A DNA stretch of 64,000 nt from Bacteroidota bacterium (GTDB lineage Bacteria > Bacteroidota > Bacteroidia > AKYH767-A > OLB10), in contig JAKPPP010000195.1 in NCBI GenBank assembly GCA_029547265.1, forward strand, positions 795-64,794, given 5' to 3'. This document shows, piece after piece, positions 59,367 to 64,000 of this stretch. Numbering within the stretch: position 1 is the stretch's first letter; each line of letters starts with the position of its first letter. The notes below the pieces were generated by a model. The model worked only from the letters and a program-made list of their open reading frames with translations. It ran no database searches and was not told the origin of the DNA. The position numbers were made by a program, and so were the translations under genes.

Positions 59367-61304
59367 ATGAATATTAAAATTACCCTGCCTGACAATTCCA
59401 TGCGCGAATACCCGAAAGGAAGTTCTGCGATGGAAATAGCAAAGTCGATCAGTGAGGGACTAGCCCGTAATGTACTCGCTGCAAAAGTGAATGGCGAAGT
59501 CCGTGATTTAAACCGCCCGATAGAAGAAGACTCTTCGCTTCAACTATTGACGTGGACCGATGCGGAAGGAAAAAGTACGATGTGGCACTCCTCTGCTCAC
59601 TTGATGGCAGAAGCACTAGAATTCTATTATCCGGGAATTAAATTCTGGGTAGGACCTCCGATACAGAACGGGTTCTATTATGATGTTGACTTTGGGGGAC
59701 AAGCATTCTCTGCCGACGATCTGAAAAAGATTGAAGACAAGATGGCTGAACTGGCGAAGCAAAGCAATGCATTTGTGAGAAAAGAAATCAGCAAAGGCGA
59801 TGCAGTGAACTACTTCACCGAGAGAGGCGACCAATACAAACTCGACTTATTAAGCAACCTTGAAGACGGAGGCATTACGCTTTACACACAAGGAAACTTC
59901 ACCGACTTATGTCGCGGACCACATATTCCGCACACCGGATATATCAAAGCCATCAAACTTACGAACGTAGCGGGAGCTTACTGGAAAAACGACAGTAACA
60001 ACCCTATGTTAACCCGTATTTACGGAATAACCTTCCCTAAAAAATCGGAGTTAGATGAGTATTTAACCATGTTAGAAGAAGCCAAGAAACGTGATCACCG
60101 CAAGATTGGTAAGGACATGGAAATTTTCACATTTGATGATGATGTAGGTCCGGGATTGCCTTTATGGTTACCGAACGGCGGAGTCATGATTGAAGAATTA
60201 GAACGATTAGCTAAGAAAACCGAGCAACGAGCAGGATATAGTCGAGTGCGTACTCCGCATTTGGCGAAAGAAAGCATGTACAAGACATCGGGACACCTTC
60301 CGTACTACGAAGACAGTATGTTTCCGCCGATGGAATGTGACGGAGAGAAGTACTATCTCAAAGCGATGAACTGTCCGCATCACCATAAAATCTTCAAAGA
60401 ACTTAATCCAAGTTACAGAGACCTCCCTATCCGCCTTGCGGAATACGGAACATGTTACCGATACGAGCAAAGTGGGGAATTATTCGGGTTGATGCGCGTA
60501 CGTGCATTGCAGATGAATGATGCGCATATTTACTGTACCAAAGATCAGTTCGCCGAAGAGTTTAATGCGGTTAACGAAATGTATCTCAAGTACTTCCGTG
60601 TATTCGGAATTGAAAAATACGTAATGCGCTTCTCTACGCATGCTCCTGAGAAATTAGGTAAGAAGTATGTCGACAATCCTGAATTGTGGAAACAAACAGA
60701 AGACATGGTGCGTCAAGTATTGATTGACAGCAACATACCATATATCGAAGTACCTGATGAAGGTGCATTTTACGGTCCGAAGATCGACGTACAAGTTTGG
60801 AGTGCTATCGGACGTGAGTTTACTTTGGCGACCAACCAAGTTGACTTTGCGGTACCGGCGCGTTTCGGATTAACCTTCCGCAACTCGAACAACGAGATGG
60901 AAACGCCGATTTGTATTCACCGAGCACCATTGGGAACACATGAGCGCTTCATCGGATTCTTGCTTGAGCATTATGCCGGTAATTTCCCGATATGGCTTGC
61001 GCCTCAGCAAGTTTCGATCCTTCCAATCTCAGAGAAATTCAACGGATACGCAAAAAAAGTTTTACAATTGCTCAGAAATTCCGATATTCGCGGCCTCGTT
61101 GACGACCGTGATGAGAAAATCGGGAAGAAAATTCGCGATGCTGAAATCAAAAAAGTCCCTTATATGTTAATTATCGGGGAAAAAGAAGAAGCAGAAAATG
61201 CAGTTTCGGTACGTCAACATGGCAAAGGAGATCAAGGTAGTTTACCAATTCAAGAGTTTATCGATCGTGTATCGAAAGAGATTCAAGAGCTGCTAGACGC
61301 CTAA
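59367..61304 (+). CDS. thrS: Threonine--tRNA ligase
   Basis: TGS domain, class II motifs and an anticodon-binding domain. HxxxH and CPHHH (MNCPHHHKIF) give the zinc site. The start was set at MNIKITLPD (59367) rather than the ORF-track 59325. Confidence 0.95.
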   Translation: MNIKITLPDNSMREYPKGSSAMEIAKSISEGLARNVLAAKVNGEVRDLNRPIEEDSSLQLLTWTDAEGKSTMWHSSAHLMAEALEFYYPGIKFWVGPPIQNGFYYDVDFGGQAFSADDLKKIEDKMAELAKQSNAFVRKEISKGDAVNYFTERGDQYKLDLLSNLEDGGITLYTQGNFTDLCRGPHIPHTGYIKAIKLTNVAGAYWKNDSNNPMLTRIYGITFPKKSELDEYLTMLEEAKKRDHRKIGKDMEIFTFDDDVGPGLPLWLPNGGVMIEELERLAKKTEQRAGYSRVRTPHLAKESMYKTSGHLPYYEDSMFPPMECDGEKYYLKAMNCPHHHKIFKELNPSYRDLPIRLAEYGTCYRYEQSGELFGLMRVRALQMNDAHIYCTKDQFAEEFNAVNEMYLKYFRVFGIEKYVMRFSTHAPEKLGKKYVDNPELWKQTEDMVRQVLIDSNIPYIEVPDEGAFYGPKIDVQVWSAIGREFTLATNQVDFAVPARFGLTFRNSNNEMETPICIHRAPLGTHERFIGFLLEHYAGNFPIWLAPQQVSILPISEKFNGYAKKVLQLLRNSDIRGLVDDRDEKIGKKIRDAEIKKVPYMLIIGEKEEAENAVSVRQHGKGDQGSLPIQEFIDRVSKEIQELLDA

Positions 61305-61337
61305 TAATAAGTAGTTTAACACTAAAACAGTAGCACC

Positions 61338-61949
61338 ATAGCAACTTCATCAAACCGTCCTTTTGGAGGAAACAGAGGCCGCGGTCCTGTTAAAAAGGAA
61401 GCGGAACACAGAATCAACGACAAGATTCGCGCAACCCACGTTCGCTTAGTAGGCGAAGGCGGAGAGCCGTCAGTAGTATCTATCGAAGAAGCCTTAAAAC
61501 TTGCTTCCGATAAGGGACTCGACCTTGTTGAGATAGCTGCTCAAGCTGACCCTCCCGTATGTAAAATCGTAGATTATCAAAAATTCCTCTACGAACGGAA
61601 GAAGAAAGAAAAAGAAACGAAGGCAAAGGCTGCCAAGCAAGTACTTAAAGAAGTACGCTTTGGTCCGAATACCGACGAACACGATTTCAACTTCAAAGTG
61701 AAGCATGCCATCAAATTCCTTGAAGAAGGAGCAAAAGTGAAAGCATATGTGCATTTCCGCGGAAGAGCCATCGCTTACAAAGAAAAAGGAGAAATCATCC
61801 TTCTGAAATTTGCTCAAGAATTACAGGAATACGGAAAAGTAGAAATGCTACCGAAGTTAGAAGGAAACAGGATGTTTATCCACCTGGCACCACTTCCAAA
61901 TCTGAAAAAGCCTGCTAAACCGGCTAAGAAAGAAGAGGAAACAGAATAA
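61338..61949 (+). CDS. infC: Translation initiation factor IF-3, probably initiating on a non-AUG (ATA) codon
   Basis: The in-frame translation upstream of the ORF-track fragment (61698-61949) reads ...IATSSNRPFGGNRGRGPVKKEAEHRINDKIRATHVRLVGEGGEP..., which is the IF-3 N-domain. There is no in-frame ATG between the stop at 61323-61325 and the conserved domain. ATA at 61338 is the only AUU/AUA-class candidate. Confidence 0.7.
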   Translation: MATSSNRPFGGNRGRGPVKKEAEHRINDKIRATHVRLVGEGGEPSVVSIEEALKLASDKGLDLVEIAAQADPPVCKIVDYQKFLYERKKKEKETKAKAAKQVLKEVRFGPNTDEHDFNFKVKHAIKFLEEGAKVKAYVHFRGRAIAYKEKGEIILLKFAQELQEYGKVEMLPKLEGNRMFIHLAPLPNLKKPAKPAKKEEETE

Positions 61950-61979
61950 GAAAAACGAAGTCAATAATATATCACTACA

Positions 61980-62177
61980 ATGCCGAAAATGAAAACTAAT
62001 TCCAGTGCTAAGAAGCGTTTCAAGCTTACAGGCACAGGAAAGATCAAACGTAAGCACGCGTACAAACGCCACATCCTAACGAAGAAGGACACTGACCGTA
62101 AACGTCACTTAACTGCTTCAGGATTGGTACACGAATCTGATGAGTTTCGCGTAAAACGCATGTTAGGAGTTGCTTAA
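61980..62177 (+). CDS. rpmI: 50S ribosomal protein L35
   Basis: 65 aa. [25 protein letters not shown] is L35. Confidence 0.9.
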   Translation: MPKMKTNSSAKKRFKLTGTGKIKRKHAYKRHILTKKDTDRKRHLTASGLVHESDEFRVKRMLGVA

Positions 62178-62289
62178 TTGCACCCTTTCATGAGATCTAA
62201 AAAAAACAAAACAAAAATTATTTATTAACCCGGTCATTAGCAGCTAAGTTCCTCGTGAAAAAGGACGCTAACACCAAAAACTAAACACT

Positions 62290-62634
62290 ATGCCACGTTC
62301 AGTCAATCATGTGGCCTCAAAGGCAAAACGCAAGAAGGTTTTAAAACTTGCCAAGGGTAATTGGGGATCACGTAAAAATGTATGGACGGTTGCCAAAAAC
62401 ACCGTCGAAAAAGGTTTACAATACGCATACCGCGATCGTAAAAACAAAAAACGCAGCTTCCGCGCATTATGGATTCAGCGTATTAATGCAGCAGCTCGTG
62501 AACACGGGATGTCTTATTCTCAGTTCATGGGAGCTATCCATAAAAGCAATGTAGATATCAACCGTAAGGTACTTGCTGATTTAGCGATGAACAATCCTGA
62601 AGCTTTCGAAGCAATCCTTAACTCAGTAAAATAA
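62290..62634 (+). CDS. rplT: 50S ribosomal protein L20
   Basis: 114 aa. [23 protein letters not shown]...[13 protein letters not shown] is L20. Confidence 0.95.
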   Translation: MPRSVNHVASKAKRKKVLKLAKGNWGSRKNVWTVAKNTVEKGLQYAYRDRKNKKRSFRALWIQRINAAAREHGMSYSQFMGAIHKSNVDINRKVLADLAMNNPEAFEAILNSVK

Positions 62635-62651
62635 TTCACTTAGACTTCGTT

Positions 62652-62684
62652 AAAAAAAATCCTCCGCATGGAGGATTTTTTTTT
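62652..62684 (+). terminator. Rho-independent terminator of the thrS-infC-rpmI-rplT operon
   Basis: Stem aatcctcc / ggaggatt with loop gcat, flanked by A8 and T9 runs. Confidence 0.8.
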
Positions 62685-62752
62685 GGGGATAATGCGAGCT
62701 TCGCTCTATTAGCACTTTAGCAAATCAGCACATTAGCACATTAGTAGTATCT

Positions 62753-62989
62753 TTGCCAAAACCTTTTACATTGAAAAAACAATCCCATTCGTTTGCTCTT
62801 ACTGAGGAGTATATTGAGCTAATTAAACTCTTAAAACTTTTAGGTATTGCCGATACCGGCAGTGATGCGAAACAGTTGGTAGACGACGGCGAAGTGAAAT
62901 TGAATGATGCCGTTGAGTATCGCAAACGCGCTAAGTTGCGTAAGGGCGATAAGGTGCTGGTGAAGAATAACGAGATTACGATTGTTTAA
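62753..62989 (+). CDS. S4-domain RNA-binding protein (YbcJ-like)
   Basis: 78 aa. GDKVLVKNNEITIV, together with the basic helix KRAKLRKGD, is the S4 fold signature. Confidence 0.65.
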   Translation: MPKPFTLKKQSHSFALTEEYIELIKLLKLLGIADTGSDAKQLVDDGEVKLNDAVEYRKRAKLRKGDKVLVKNNEITIV

Positions 62990-62998
62990 TTTTTTTTG

Positions 62999-64000
62999 AT
63001 GATGTCGGATTTGATAAAATGGATTGCCCTCGAAACGGGCATCGAATTTCATCCTGTTCAAAAAACAATTGCGCTATTAAAAGAAGGCGCTACCATCCCT
63101 TTTATTGCTCGCTATCGTAAAGAGGCTACAGGTAGTCTCGATGAGGTCAAAATTTCTGAAATCAAGAAGCTGCTCTCGCTGTACGAAGATCTCGAGAAAC
63201 GCAAATTAACAGTGCTCGCCGCTATTGAGGAACAGGGTAAATTAACCGATGGCTTACGAAGCGCAATAGTTGCTTGTCGCACAGCCACCGAACTCGAAGA
63301 CCTCTACCTACCCTACAAGCAAAAGCGCAAGACTAAGGCTTCTATTGCCCGTGAAAACGGACTAGAACCGTTGGCGCTCTATATCCTTGAACAGCACAAC
63401 GGTCCTTTGAACGAGAAAGCTAAGTCGTTTGTGAAAAATAAAGTGACTTCTATCGACGAGGCTTTTGAAGGTGCTCGACATATCATTGCTGAAATGATTA
63501 ACGAAAACGCCGATGCGCGTAATGCAATAAGAAGTTTATTTCAGCGTGAAGGTGTCATTTCTTCTTCGGTTATTAAATCGAAAACCGAGGAAGCTGCAAA
63601 GTATAAAGATTATTTCAATAGTCGAGAGAAACTAGCTCGTTGTCCATCGCACCGCTTCTTAGCAATTATGCGTGGAGCTAACGAGGGATTTTTACGAATA
63701 GGCATCGCTCCCGATGATGAATCGAAGGCCATTCAAGTATTAGAACGCCGATTTGTGAAAGGTTATTCGCCAAGTTCCGAGCAAGTTCGGCTAGCCGTAA
63801 CCGATAGTTATAATCGCTTGCTTGCTCCTTCGATCGAAACCGAGTTTTTTAATAGCCAGAAAGAAAAAGCCGATAAAGAAGCGATTGCCGTTTTCTCTGA
63901 TAATTTAATGCAGTTGCTATTGGCAGCACCTCTCGGACAAAAGACGGTATTAGCTATTGATCCCGGTTATCGTTCGGGATGTAAATGTGTTTGTCTCGAT
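62999..64000 (+). CDS. tex: Tex-like RNA-binding transcription accessory protein (N-terminal part; the gene runs off the window end)
   Basis: ATG at 62999. The translation MSDLIKWIALETGIEFHPVQKTIALLKEGATIPFIARYRKEATGSLDEVKI... matches the Tex N-terminal HhH/YqgF region. It is absent from the ORF track because no stop falls inside the window. Confidence 0.85.
   Translation, partial: MMSDLIKWIALETGIEFHPVQKTIALLKEGATIPFIARYRKEATGSLDEVKISEIKKLLSLYEDLEKRKLTVLAAIEEQGKLTDGLRSAIVACRTATELEDLYLPYKQKRKTKASIARENGLEPLALYILEQHNGPLNEKAKSFVKNKVTSIDEAFEGARHIIAEMINENADARNAIRSLFQREGVISSSVIKSKTEEAAKYKDYFNSREKLARCPSHRFLAIMRGANEGFLRIGIAPDDESKAIQVLERRFVKGYSPSSEQVRLAVTDSYNRLLAPSIETEFFNSQKEKADKEAIAVFSDNLMQLLLAAPLGQKTVLAIDPGYRSGCKCVCLD

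Noticed and set aside
1-64000. CRISPR arrays, tRNA or rRNA genes, transposases, integrases and other mobile-element hallmarks
   Set aside because: No spaced direct-repeat arrays, no tRNA-like T-loop motifs (GTTCGAATC-type) and no transposase or integrase motifs were seen. Intergenic regions are short and accounted for by promoters and terminators.

Overview
This is a gene-dense chromosomal segment (about 38-40% GC by eye) that looks like it comes from a Bacteroidota genome, probably a Sphingobacteriia/Chitinophagia-type gliding bacterium. The evidence is several proteins ending in type IX secretion system (T9SS) type A or type B C-terminal sorting domains, very few Shine-Dalgarno-like sites, TAnnTTTG-type promoter boxes, and many lipoproteins with the SCKKDDD-type N-terminus. 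I can support about 60 protein-coding genes. I found no rRNA, tRNA, CRISPR array or obvious mobile element.

Housekeeping genes identifiable from motifs:
- rnhB, lpxD, typA/bipA, folK and a deoxynucleoside kinase.
- A phosphohexomutase, an acyl-CoA carboxyltransferase, a gamma-carbonic-anhydrase-like protein and a patatin-like protein.
- A conserved thrS-infC-rpmI-rplT operon, in which infC appears to start on a non-AUG ATA codon that the ORF track missed, followed by an S4-domain protein and a 3'-truncated tex.

Accessory and envelope content:
- A Wzx/Wzz/O-antigen-ligase-like trio with no glycosyltransferases.
- A GAF-PP2C phosphatase and a LytS/LytTR two-component pair.
- Several peptidases (M13, M61, S9/DPP-IV), two OmpA-family proteins, a TonB-dependent receptor, and four T9SS cargo proteins.

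The most system-like region is a roughly 9-kb metal-homeostasis island at 37.1-45.9 kb.
- One strand carries an MbnP-like / di-heme cytochrome-c-peroxidase (MbnH/MauG-like) / outer-membrane beta-barrel / second MbnP-like cluster, with a small Cys-cluster secreted protein upstream.
- The opposite strand carries a porin / imelysin / di-heme DUF1111-type oxidoreductase operon.
- A perfect 11-bp inverted repeat sits in the shared control region.

Other observations: a (GTCA)5 tetranucleotide repeat, a heptanucleotide repeat array upstream of the phosphohexomutase gene, an alkyltransferase-like MGMT-family protein lacking the nucleophilic Cys, and many clean rho-independent terminators. Three of these are bidirectional (one at the window's 5' edge, two between convergent genes), and a further pair of convergent hairpins separates typA from the M13 peptidase gene. 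All functional calls are from motif recognition by eye; no database search was possible.
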